A stretch of DNA of 64,000 bases from a virus (Duplodnaviria; Caudoviricetes): the IMG/VR virus record IMGVR_UViG_3300012020_000005, positions 17,460-81,459 of that record. The stretch is one strand, 5' to 3'. The position numbers and the translations under genes are program-made. Below are positions 39,500 to 50,000 of this stretch, in pieces; within the stretch, counting starts at the first letter, position 1, and every line of letters begins with the position of its first letter. The notes under the pieces are model-generated. The model saw only the letters and a program-made list of their open reading frames with translations, was not told the DNA's origin and made no database searches.

Positions 39500-42187
39500 T
39501 TACTTACTTGTTAAGATAGCATCTAATCTTGTTCTTTTGTAATCTCCTATAGCTTGTAATACTTCTACATATAGCTTTCCTTCGTCTAATTCTTTAGATA
39601 CTGAATGCATAAGCCACTGGTCTTTGTTCCCATCAGGGAATGTTATCTCAATCTTTCCACTTAAACTTCCATTACTTACTGTAAAAATAGGTTTGTATGT
39701 TGCATTTAATACGCTATCAATCATTGGTTGTTTTTCAGGAGTGTACTGTGGTAAACTTTGTGCATATTCTTGTCTATCTTCGTCTGATTGTAATGGTGTT
39801 CCTACAAGTGTGTGATTATTATGTAATTGTACTCGCATTTCAGGTGGGATTATATCAGGTCTATTTTCAGCTATGGTCATAAACTTTTGATATGCTATCT
39901 CTTTATTTGTCGCATTAAAAGTGTAATCAGGTAAAATTAAGTTAGGATTTTTATAGCTGTTGTTCCATTTATCTTCTGCCAAATCTAATTTTTCTGATAA
40001 TTGGTCAGATAAATTAGATAATTTAAAAGTTCTTAATTTTGATTTTTCATCTCCTACTTTTACTGAGGCGGTTACTTCAAATTCCTCTCCTTTTTTAACT
40101 ATTGTATAATTATTTTTATCTAATATTTGTATGTTTTCTCCTTCAGGTAAACTTGCTTCTATAGCTTGTTTTATGGTTATGGCATCTTCTGCTTGTCCTT
40201 TTATTTCTGTTGAAAAAGACATGGCTTTATTTGAAACAAGATTCTTACTTAATTCTGCTGCTTTTGTAGATGCATTTGTATAAATTGTATCCATTCCATC
40301 TTTAAAACTTTTTGCAAAATCTATTTTTGCGTCTCCCCACCGCGATTCTATTTCTGTTACGTCTGTGTCTTGTTTAAACGGGCTAAAACTTGCAGGTTTT
40401 CTAGTTGTTGAGTAAGAAACTGCGGATACTCCACCTAAACTTCCCCCACCAAATGTAACAGGAACTGTTCTATTTGCACCTTTTATCCTGTTTTTTACAA
40501 AATTTAAACTTTTTCTAACTCTATCTGATTCACTTTCAGTCAAACTTCCCTCTAAAGAATTTAAACTAGATTCTAATAATTTTACTTGTTCTTCTGTTAA
40601 ATTTGCTCCTCCACTATGTTCTTTATAGTTATTACCCATTTCATATACTACAAGGTCTTGAGTAGCTTTGTCTAAATCCTCAAACTTTTTATTACCTTTA
40701 AGTACATTTACTGTAAAAGGTAATTCTGTTTTTAAATTTTCTAATTTTGCCCCTGTAATAGAATTATACTGCTTTGCTATAATATCTCTAATACCTTCTT
40801 TTGATTTTGTTACAATAGCGTTGTACCCTTTTTGTGATGTTTGAAAGGCTCTTAAAGCGTTTTGTTTTTCTATGGAATATGTTGGTAAAGAGGGGTCATC
40901 TGCTTTTAAATTTATTTTATATGCCCATTGCTCTTGCGGAGTTTTTGAGTTGTACCCATTTTCATTTGTCTTTTTTAATATCGCATCTAAGGTTTTATTT
41001 GAATCTCTTACTTGTGCTTTTATTGTATAAATGTCGGGCTTTTTTAAAAACTCATCTGTTTGTGGTTTATCTATGGTTGTAGGTAATGCTAAATTTTGTT
41101 CTTCTTCTTTCTTTTTAGCTTTTTCATCTTGTTCTACATTAAATTTATACATGTCCCATTTAAGGTCGTCATTTTTAATATCTGTAATCCTATTTACTTG
41201 ATAATTTGAAGCTATACTTGATAGAAGTTTATTACTGTAATTAGAGTAAATATCATAAGACTTTTCATCTAATTGTTTTCTGTAGTTTTTTTCATCATCT
41301 GTAATATTCAACAACTTAGTCTGTAATTCTTTTTTCTTTTGAATATTTCCTTCCGAACTTATTTGTGCCTCTAATGTTGCCCTTTGAACTTTTGAATCTT
41401 GATATTTTTTTGACACTTCGGGATATAGTTCTGCTTCTAACGAATTTCTATCCATCTTGCCATAAGTTTGTCTAGCGTTTATTTTTATTTGTGCTATATC
41501 AGCGGGGTCTAAACTATTTAAAAGATTTTGATGAATATCTTGCGCTGTTACTTTTTCTCCGTATACATTTGTAGTGCGATATTGCCCATCTGTGGTTTGT
41601 AACAGTTGTTGTTTATCCATCAACTCAACATACTTTTTAGCTACTTCGTTAAGTTTTCCACTTACATCTCTATATGGTGTATATTGTAGTTGTCCTAATG
41701 AAGCTTGTCCTGTTGTGTCATTAGCCCACTGAGAGTATCCTGCTTGTTCTAAAGCATCAATATCATTTTGTTGAGCATAAGTAGTCTTCCCTGATTTTAA
41801 ATCACTATCTTTAAGATTTTCATTCCCTTTTTTATAATTTTGCAGTCTAATGCCCTCTGAATATTCTTTTTGAAAAGTTTTGTCGTTAACTAGGGATTTA
41901 ATTACAGTATCTAGTTTTTGTTTAACACCTGATTTTGATAAATCATGGTCTCCTTGTGAATTATTAATTATAGAAACTAAACTATCAAGTTTTGTTGCTG
42001 TATATTCTTTACCATACTCACGCATTACATTTGCATCTATAGCAAATTTATCTAAAGAGTCTTGTATTTCTTTTTGATTGGCATCATATTTTTGCTGTTT
42101 TAACGTAGCAACTTTACCTAATAAATCCACCGCTGATGAATCTATTGGTTGTCCGTAATTGATGTCTTTAGTTAAATAGTTTGACAT
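39500..42187 (-). CDS. Internal virion / ejection protein, 895 aa
   Basis: Helical N-terminus and position between cargo-like genes, as in crAss-like virion modules. Confidence 0.6.
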   Translation of the reverse strand: MSNYLTKDINYGQPIDSSAVDLLGKVATLKQQKYDANQKEIQDSLDKFAIDANVMREYGKEYTATKLDSLVSIINNSQGDHDLSKSGVKQKLDTVIKSLVNDKTFQKEYSEGIRLQNYKKGNENLKDSDLKSGKTTYAQQNDIDALEQAGYSQWANDTTGQASLGQLQYTPYRDVSGKLNEVAKKYVELMDKQQLLQTTDGQYRTTNVYGEKVTAQDIHQNLLNSLDPADIAQIKINARQTYGKMDRNSLEAELYPEVSKKYQDSKVQRATLEAQISSEGNIQKKKELQTKLLNITDDEKNYRKQLDEKSYDIYSNYSNKLLSSIASNYQVNRITDIKNDDLKWDMYKFNVEQDEKAKKKEEEQNLALPTTIDKPQTDEFLKKPDIYTIKAQVRDSNKTLDAILKKTNENGYNSKTPQEQWAYKINLKADDPSLPTYSIEKQNALRAFQTSQKGYNAIVTKSKEGIRDIIAKQYNSITGAKLENLKTELPFTVNVLKGNKKFEDLDKATQDLVVYEMGNNYKEHSGGANLTEEQVKLLESSLNSLEGSLTESESDRVRKSLNFVKNRIKGANRTVPVTFGGGSLGGVSAVSYSTTRKPASFSPFKQDTDVTEIESRWGDAKIDFAKSFKDGMDTIYTNASTKAAELSKNLVSNKAMSFSTEIKGQAEDAITIKQAIEASLPEGENIQILDKNNYTIVKKGEEFEVTASVKVGDEKSKLRTFKLSNLSDQLSEKLDLAEDKWNNSYKNPNLILPDYTFNATNKEIAYQKFMTIAENRPDIIPPEMRVQLHNNHTLVGTPLQSDEDRQEYAQSLPQYTPEKQPMIDSVLNATYKPIFTVSNGSLSGKIEITFPDGNKDQWLMHSVSKELDEGKLYVEVLQAIGDYKRTRLDAILTSK

Positions 42188-42244
42188 TGTTTAATTTTTG
42201 GTAAAAATAGTTATTTATATGGAATTATTAAAATTACTTAATTT

Positions 42245-45151
42245 CTAGGTAACTTTCTTTAATTTACCCATTTCAATTAAAGTTTTTATATATTTTGCTT
42301 TATCTTTTTCAGGCATATTATTTATTTTATCCGCCTCTGTCATACCCATATTATTTGTAAACTTATAGCCACTGTCTTCAAACATTATATCTCCATTAAC
42401 TACTTTTTGATTTTCATTTAAAGCGTTATATGCTTTCATTTTATTGAAGTTAAGAGTATTTAAAGCATTTTCCATATTATGATAATTATAATAATTTTGA
42501 AGATTTCTTTCAAATGCATTTTGTCCTGCAAAAACTTTTCCTTGATAATCAGTTATGTTTTTTGCTTGCATCATTCTATTTTTTGCTTCTGTATTTGCGT
42601 TGAATTGGTCTACTGCAAATTGATTATCTGCATTTTTTTGTGTTACATCTCCTACAATTTGATTAATGCTTTGTTGTCCACTAGCTAAAAGTTGTGCTTG
42701 CATTGCTGCTTTTTGTTCATCAGGTAAATATCCTAATTGATTCAAGGCAGCCATTCTATTTCTAGCTTCTTCGACTAATATAGGAGATTGTGCTTTTGGC
42801 TCTAAATAAGGAAATCTAACATCTTCTTTGTAAACTGATTGTGGAGCAGAAGGCGGAATAATTATAGAATTTGAAAAGTCAGGAAATACAACTTTATTTC
42901 TTGTTATTGTTTCTGATTGTGGTGTGACATCTTCTACTTTATCTTCAGGTTGTGTTACTTTTATAGCTTCTAATACGGCATTGTGAAATATTCCAGGTTT
43001 TGTGTCTTTTGCTAATTCTTTTATTCTCTCATATCTTGCTTTTCCTGTTAAACCTTTTAATTGACTTTTTACGTTTTCAGCATATTGCCCACTATAATTA
43101 GTTAAATATTCATCTATTTTCTTAGCTTTCTCCTCGGTATCCATAGATTTGTCTACTAAGGGTTTCCAAAGATTTTTATAGTTATCTCCTTTCCAAATAT
43201 CTTTATTTACTTTAAGCACTGATTTGTAAGGTAGCCATGTTGCATCACTTGGAGTATTTGTATAGTCTGTTTCAGGGTTAGTGTCTACTGTTGTTCCTTG
43301 TTGTGCTTTCATGGTTGCTAATTCCATAGCTCTTTCAGGGGATATTCCATATTTATTGGCTAATTCTACAATCTTACCCCCCTCTTGTGCTGTATTATAT
43401 TCTGTACTAGTTTTTGGTATTTTTTCTTGTTCTTTAAACAACATATCAAAAATAGCTTTTCTTGTTTCTAAAAGAGGTTCTTTTTTAGCTTCTATATCTA
43501 TTAATTGTTTTGAGATGAATTCTTTATTTAGATTTTGAGTTGTTTCATCTACATCTTCTTTATCTAATACTTTTTCAGCTTTTTTGGCAATATCTGCTTG
43601 TTCTTCATTTAAACTTTTAATTCCTAGTTTAGATGTAGCTTTATCTAACACTGTTGCAAATGTATCTTTAGCAGAAACTTTAAATCCAAATTTTTCTGAA
43701 AACATTTTAGCATTTTCTACCCCTACTTTTGTATGGTCTGAAAGTATCTCTGTTCCATTGGGTAGATTTACAGGTGTTCCTCCATCTTCATGTGGTTTTC
43801 CTAAAGCTTCTTGAATTTCTCCTGTTTCTCCGTCTTTTGTTATCTCTCCTTTTTCTATCTCTACATTACTATTTTCTCTGTCTGTTGGTAATTTATATTC
43901 CCCTGTTATTAAATCAGCTACCGTTTTACCTCCCTCTTCCATTTGTGCAATACCATTGTTAGAAGTAATACCTTTATTCCTATTCATATACTGAATATAA
44001 TTTGGCATACGTTTAAATTCATTTTCTATTTCGGCTTGTGGTTTTATATAATCTACTGTTCCGTCTTTATAATAAACTTTTGTGTATAATTGATTATCAG
44101 GTAAATTGCCCTCTCTCATTCCATTAGTTGAAACATTATATTTTATATCAGCAATAGGTTTTTGTATATTATCATACCCATTAACCATATCTCCGCCTTG
44201 TTGTTTTTTAGATTGCTCATACATTGAAAAAGCAATAGCTATATTTTGCTTATGACTTCTCCCTGAATTTTCATGTTCTAATTTTCGTATTTTTTTAGAA
44301 ATCCAATCATCTTTACCCCCTTGTTGAGCCAATTCATAATCGTTTTGATAGCCGTAGATTTTATCTTTTGCTTCTTTAGTTACCCTCTTTTCTTCTTTTC
44401 CCAACCCGTACCCCGATAAAGTGTTTCTTAAAAGACCTAATCCTCCTCCCACAAGTCCTAAAATACCATTTTGAGTATTTCCTTTTCCTAATTGATATGC
44501 TCCATAATTTAGCATATCTATTTGACTATTTGGGTTAAAATACGTCAATTTATCTACATAGTTTTTTTCAGATGTGTCAATAGGATTTCCATTTTCATCA
44601 TAGTTGTTTGTCATAGTATTTTGAATCCTATTCTCCGCCATTCTTTTTTTCATTTCATCACTAGGAATATAAGTTTCTTGACTCATATCATTTGGGTCTA
44701 AACCTATTCCTTGTTGTGGTTTAGCTTGATAAGTATTGTAAGTATTTAAAGATTGTTGGGTTGGATAATTTAAATCATTTTGAGGATTATTACCATACCA
44801 AGTACCTGCTTGTTGCATCATCTCTTGCTGTGGAGATTGCATTTGTTGAATGACTCCTTGTACAATTTGTGTGGCTTGATTAGGGTCTAATCCCATACTA
44901 ACTAATTGTTGTAATACTTGTTGAGGGTCTGCTCCTGACTGTAACGCTTGCGCCACTTGTTGAGCTATTTGATTCATATCCATTTCTCCTCTTTCTTCCT
45001 GTGGATTAGAGTTTGCACCTTCAACTTGCTCTTCTTGTTGAGATTGAATTCCACCTTGTTGAGATTTTTCCATATTCATCATTCTGCACATCATTTCAGC
45101 CTGTGATTTAGAATATCCTTGAGCTACTAATTTTTTTATGTGGTCTTTCAT
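42245..45151 (-). CDS. Virion cargo-like protein, 968 aa
   Basis: Repeated QQGG/EGG motifs, Q-rich N-terminus, NVEIEKGE...GKPHEDGG segment. Confidence 0.6.
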   Translation of the reverse strand: MKDHIKKLVAQGYSKSQAEMMCRMMNMEKSQQGGIQSQQEEQVEGANSNPQEERGEMDMNQIAQQVAQALQSGADPQQVLQQLVSMGLDPNQATQIVQGVIQQMQSPQQEMMQQAGTWYGNNPQNDLNYPTQQSLNTYNTYQAKPQQGIGLDPNDMSQETYIPSDEMKKRMAENRIQNTMTNNYDENGNPIDTSEKNYVDKLTYFNPNSQIDMLNYGAYQLGKGNTQNGILGLVGGGLGLLRNTLSGYGLGKEEKRVTKEAKDKIYGYQNDYELAQQGGKDDWISKKIRKLEHENSGRSHKQNIAIAFSMYEQSKKQQGGDMVNGYDNIQKPIADIKYNVSTNGMREGNLPDNQLYTKVYYKDGTVDYIKPQAEIENEFKRMPNYIQYMNRNKGITSNNGIAQMEEGGKTVADLITGEYKLPTDRENSNVEIEKGEITKDGETGEIQEALGKPHEDGGTPVNLPNGTEILSDHTKVGVENAKMFSEKFGFKVSAKDTFATVLDKATSKLGIKSLNEEQADIAKKAEKVLDKEDVDETTQNLNKEFISKQLIDIEAKKEPLLETRKAIFDMLFKEQEKIPKTSTEYNTAQEGGKIVELANKYGISPERAMELATMKAQQGTTVDTNPETDYTNTPSDATWLPYKSVLKVNKDIWKGDNYKNLWKPLVDKSMDTEEKAKKIDEYLTNYSGQYAENVKSQLKGLTGKARYERIKELAKDTKPGIFHNAVLEAIKVTQPEDKVEDVTPQSETITRNKVVFPDFSNSIIIPPSAPQSVYKEDVRFPYLEPKAQSPILVEEARNRMAALNQLGYLPDEQKAAMQAQLLASGQQSINQIVGDVTQKNADNQFAVDQFNANTEAKNRMMQAKNITDYQGKVFAGQNAFERNLQNYYNYHNMENALNTLNFNKMKAYNALNENQKVVNGDIMFEDSGYKFTNNMGMTEADKINNMPEKDKAKYIKTLIEMGKLKKVT

Positions 45152-46188
45152 TTTATTTTAGTTATTTCTTTTAAAAACTGTTTTTCTTTTTCTGTTAGAG
45201 GTGTCTCTATCACCTTACTTGCCTCTTTAAATATGTGATTTGTTTCGGGCATCATCAATCGTCTCTCCCCTGTTTCAGGAGCGTAACCGTATAGAGGTTC
45301 TCTAACTCCTTGCATAGTTATATTATTGGAATTTATTTGCACAGGTTTACCCCAATTCTCCGAGTTCCAATATCCCATATTATCAATCTTTATGCCTTGT
45401 TGAGCCAAAATTGGAGACTCCACGAAATTACTTATATCATTATAATCATAACTTTGTGATTGTATTTGTGAACTTTGCTCTTCTTCTATAGGTTTATATA
45501 ACTCTGCTATTTTTTGTTCTTGTTCTGAAAATAATTCTGTTAGAAAATCTTCTTCTTTTTGTTTTTCTTGTAATACTTTTAATGCCTGAGTTGCTTCTGT
45601 TTCTTTTTCAGATTTTTCTTCTTCAAATGTTATTCCTTCAGCACTATTAGAAAAATCAATGTTTTGCATTGGGTTTATGTAAGGAGCAACACTATTTGCA
45701 TAAGTAGGTGAATCTTCCATCTTTTTATTTGCCCAATCGTAGACTTGCTTTGTTGTTTTAATAGAGCCGTCTTTATTATAAAATATGCTTTTATTTGCCT
45801 GTAAAGCTTTAGGAGATATATAGTAGTCTACTGGCATATTTTCATCCTTTTTATAAGCTTTAAATAAGTTTCCTGCTCCTTTTATACCTAAAAAATGACC
45901 TAAATATCTTTCTGAATCTGTTAAATCTCTTCCTACTATTGGTTTTAATTGTTTTTCATTATCCTGTGTAAAAAGCCTCATTACTTTTTCTGCTTTTTCA
46001 GGATTAAATCTATCATTTAAAGTATATCCTAAATTATATTTATTTACCACCTCTTTCCAAGTACTGTCTGTAAACTGCCAAAGTCCTGATGCTGAACTAG
46101 TTTTAGCCTTTGCATAAGGATTTCCGCTAGATTCAGCACTACTTGTTTTTTGTAAATAATTATAATATGGGTCGTTTACATCTGCCAT
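45148..46188 (-). CDS. Virion-associated lytic transglycosylase / lysozyme-like protein
   Basis: AESSGNP.AK..TSSASGLWQFTDSTW...DRFNP...YLGHFLG. Confidence 0.8.
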   Translation of the reverse strand: MADVNDPYYNYLQKTSSAESSGNPYAKAKTSSASGLWQFTDSTWKEVVNKYNLGYTLNDRFNPEKAEKVMRLFTQDNEKQLKPIVGRDLTDSERYLGHFLGIKGAGNLFKAYKKDENMPVDYYISPKALQANKSIFYNKDGSIKTTKQVYDWANKKMEDSPTYANSVAPYINPMQNIDFSNSAEGITFEEEKSEKETEATQALKVLQEKQKEEDFLTELFSEQEQKIAELYKPIEEEQSSQIQSQSYDYNDISNFVESPILAQQGIKIDNMGYWNSENWGKPVQINSNNITMQGVREPLYGYAPETGERRLMMPETNHIFKEASKVIETPLTEKEKQFLKEITKIK

Positions 46189-46189
46189 C

Positions 46190-47041
46190 TTACTCTACTT
46201 TATCTGTTAAAACAACGTTTTTCAACATTATTTGATGTTGACTATCATCTTCGTTTATTAATCTAACTAAAAAATATTCTCCTTTTATTCTATCTAATCT
46301 TGGAGATTTCTTAAAGTTTACAATATTACTATTTATTTTTTTATCTACAAAATTTTTATCGTTAATCCATTGTTCTACGTTTCCATCTTGGTTTATTACT
46401 CTATTGAAAAAGTAGTTGAAAGTATGATAGCCATTAAAAGAACTATAAGAAATAGTTTGTGTGTTTTTATCTGTTGAAGTTATTGGATAATTTCTTATGT
46501 CATTTAAGTTTTTTTGCGCCACCAATTTTAAAAATCCTGAATTGTTTGTACCATTGTAAATCACAACAGCATCAAATCCAACATCTTTATTAATTGAGTA
46601 ATCAAACTCATTATGAAATCTTTTAGCTTCTACATTTAATTTTACATTTTGTAATACTTTTGAAACATAATCTGATTTTATAGGAACTTCTACTATGAAT
46701 GGAAACTTATCTCCATAAAATACATTAAATGATTTATTTGTTAATAGATGACTGTTTAATGTTTCTTGATATTCATCTTTATAATAATTCAATCCTGTTT
46801 TAAAATAGTTATTATGGTTTACATAATAGTCAGGAGTAAATGAATAATAGCTTACCCAAGTTCCCTCTAAAGGTTTAAAAGCGATTGTCCAACTTACTTC
46901 TTCAAAATAATCTGCGTTATTAAAATATATTGGTGTTTTTTCTCTTGTTATTGTTGGTTGCTCTGTTAATGTACTAACACAATATGCTATACCCTCTATA
47001 AAAGTTAAAACAGCGTTTTCATCTTCACACGTACATGCCAT
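46190..47041 (-). CDS. Tail stabilization protein, C-terminal part
   Basis: YF..VSWTIAF...W.SYYSF.P...FPFIVE...SKVLQN, resembling C-termini of crAss-like stabilization proteins. Confidence 0.55.
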   Translation of the reverse strand: MACTCEDENAVLTFIEGIAYCVSTLTEQPTITREKTPIYFNNADYFEEVSWTIAFKPLEGTWVSYYSFTPDYYVNHNNYFKTGLNYYKDEYQETLNSHLLTNKSFNVFYGDKFPFIVEVPIKSDYVSKVLQNVKLNVEAKRFHNEFDYSINKDVGFDAVVIYNGTNNSGFLKLVAQKNLNDIRNYPITSTDKNTQTISYSSFNGYHTFNYFFNRVINQDGNVEQWINDKNFVDKKINSNIVNFKKSPRLDRIKGEYFLVRLINEDDSQHQIMLKNVVLTDKVE

Positions 47042-47053
47042 AATTATAATTTA

Positions 47054-50000
47054 TTAAATACAGTTTGGTAAATCATTAAAATTTGTTATTGTAGTTATTA
47101 TTCCGTTAACTACAGTTATTACAACCTGTGAATTAGGGCTTAAGCCTGGATATAATTCAGGACTTATATTGTTATCTGCTACGAAATTACCATTAAATGA
47201 TGTATCAACATTAGCCGAATCACTAAGAGCATAAACCCCTAAGCCTATTTGTATATCTTGAACTATATATTTAATTACGCCTGCCGAAATACTACCACCG
47301 CACTCTAAAACTATTGGAAGCAAATAAGAACATTTGGCAAAAGATTGACTACCACCACTAAAATTAACAAAAGACCCTCCACAAGTATCTAATGCAAGAT
47401 TTGTAAAATTAAAAGGAATTTTTTCTGTACAAATTGCTTGCGTTTGTATTGTTTTTTCACATAATTGTGTATCTTCGTTGTATGTGTAGCCATCAGAACA
47501 CGAGATTACTTCTTCTACACAATCTGTGTAGAATCCTATACCTTCCTCGTATTTTAATGTACACTCATTACTCTTAGGTATGTAATCTTTTTTAGTTATA
47601 AATACTCTATCAAAACGAGCATCCCACCCCATAGAAATGCCAATACCTTTGAATTTATTATCTATGTCTGCTTCGGGAAAATACTTAAGTATCTTAAATG
47701 GTAATTGTTCTCTAAACCAATTTTTCATTCCGCTATCTTTTCCTCCTATTGATTCTGAAATAGCTTCTAAATTATTTCCGCTATCATCTAATCTCCATAC
47801 TTTCCCTCTTTTTGCATCAACTGTAAAGTGTCCATAGGGAGTATTAATCATATCTGTGTTTTGAGTACCCGCTAATCCTAAATCTGTTGCTTTAAACTCA
47901 AATGGGCGTTTTAAAAATACTCCACTCCCACCTGTTTCTATTAGTTGTGGCGTTAGTTTTCCTGCTAAGTTATCAATCTTATTAAACCCTATCATATCGT
48001 CCTCAAAACGAGCTAAAACAATTTCTGATTCTAAAGATTTAAGTCCTATTAGTTTTCCATTCTTTGTGCCAAAATCATATTTATTCAAAGGTTTATAAAT
48101 TAACCAAGGGTCTATTAAATCATTTTCTGAATTATCAGGTTCTGAATAAATCACCCCGTTTGGTGAATCTTTCTTTTTATCATAAACTTTTTTAATATAT
48201 GTTCTATCTAATGTGGTATAGGGGCTAAAAGTCACAGGAAAGCTATAAACGTTATTATAAAAAAACGTATTAGGTTCTGAAATAGAAAGATTTTTTTCTT
48301 GACAGTAATCTAGTAAATCCCCTACTTGTGGGTAAAACCTATCTTTTAACGCTGTTCGTCCGTATCTAAAATTACAATTTATTTCGCTTTCTACTAAAAA
48401 ACTAGCAATACCGTGATATTGTGTGTATATTTTAGATGGTTTTTTCATGTAAGCCCCTCTTTTTGTACTACAATCAAAACTCCAATCCGACCTTATCTCA
48501 GGAAATGCTATATCTAAAAACGAACCACTTTGGTCATTAAAATCATAATTTACCCAATATGCAGGTGTGGCTACATTAGGGTAATCGTAATAATTAAATG
48601 GTAATCTATCAGGTAGTCCAAAAGCATCTGTCTTAAATATTTGGTGTTTTCTATGATAAGTGTATCTTGAAATTACGCAAGTACCCCCAAAAACAATGTT
48701 ATCTATTGAACAATTATTAAAGTTATTTAAATCTGAATAGAAATTAGTTGTCAACCATGTTATAGAATCTATTTCTCCATATTGAGATGGTATGTAGTTT
48801 TTTAATGTAAAATATGGACTACCTACAGGTGTTATGATTTCTCCACTTAAATTGGTTGGGCATCCTGCTTGAGAAGCTATAACTTTACTTCCTCCTAATC
48901 CATTTGATAGGGAATTGTTATCATTAAAATAGTATTCTTCTGAATATGAGAACACATTTTTTCTCCAATTAAGGTCTCCAATTGTATCTTGGTCTCCTAA
49001 AGATAAAAAAACTGAATATTCTCTTCTAAAGTTATTTACACTTATATATTCTTTTGAATTTTCATTTGTGTATTTAAATTTACCATCTTTCATGTATTTT
49101 TTTATGGCAAGTCCTCTTGTATAATTAGAATTGTCAACATTTCTTAAAAACTTGTTGTGAAATCCTTCTGAAGCATATATTGAAGCAAAATTTTGTGGAG
49201 AACCTAAATTTTTAAATGTCTCCATCCATTGATACCTATATTGCCCTACTTTTAAAGCTTGATTTGTAAACATTACTCCAACAGCTATACCTGTAGCAAT
49301 CATTCCTGCAATACTTCCTCCATTAGACATACCAAAAGTAGCCCAATGTCCTTTATTTAGCTCTCCTATTTTAATTGCTAATTCTAAAGTACCTTCTGCC
49401 AATGCCAATGCCGATGCCCAATCTCTTCCTCTATTTGAAAGTATCACCCATTTAGAATGGTCTTCCATATCTGCAAATTCTCCCCTTGACTGCCCAACTT
49501 GATAACCTGTCATTTTTACTTCGCTTGGTAAAATAGGCTTACCATAAGCAAATTCAGGAGAAATCATAGAAAATTTACTATTATATTCTCCATCATACGG
49601 ATGTGTTATTAGACTTCCATTTTCTGTGTGTAATAAATCGTAACCTAAGTCATTATGTGGAAAATTTGGATACAATACTTCCTTGTCTCTTTCATTGTAT
49701 TTATACATATCATACCCTAATCCACTAGCTATGATACTTTTATTTGCAGAGTTATCTCCTCTTAATATTTCATACCCTATAATATTATTTCGCTGTTCTT
49801 GTGTCAGTAAATTATTATTAACCGCAACATCTAATAATGTATTTATAATGGTGTTATCTTTAAATGTTACTCCCAAAGGAAATATTATAGACTCTGAAAA
49901 ATCTATTGTTTCATACTCTCCCATAAAAGGAACTTTATTATTGTCAGGAAATTTAAAGTGTCTTATAGGTTCGCAGGTTAAATTAAGGTTTTTTAATAGT

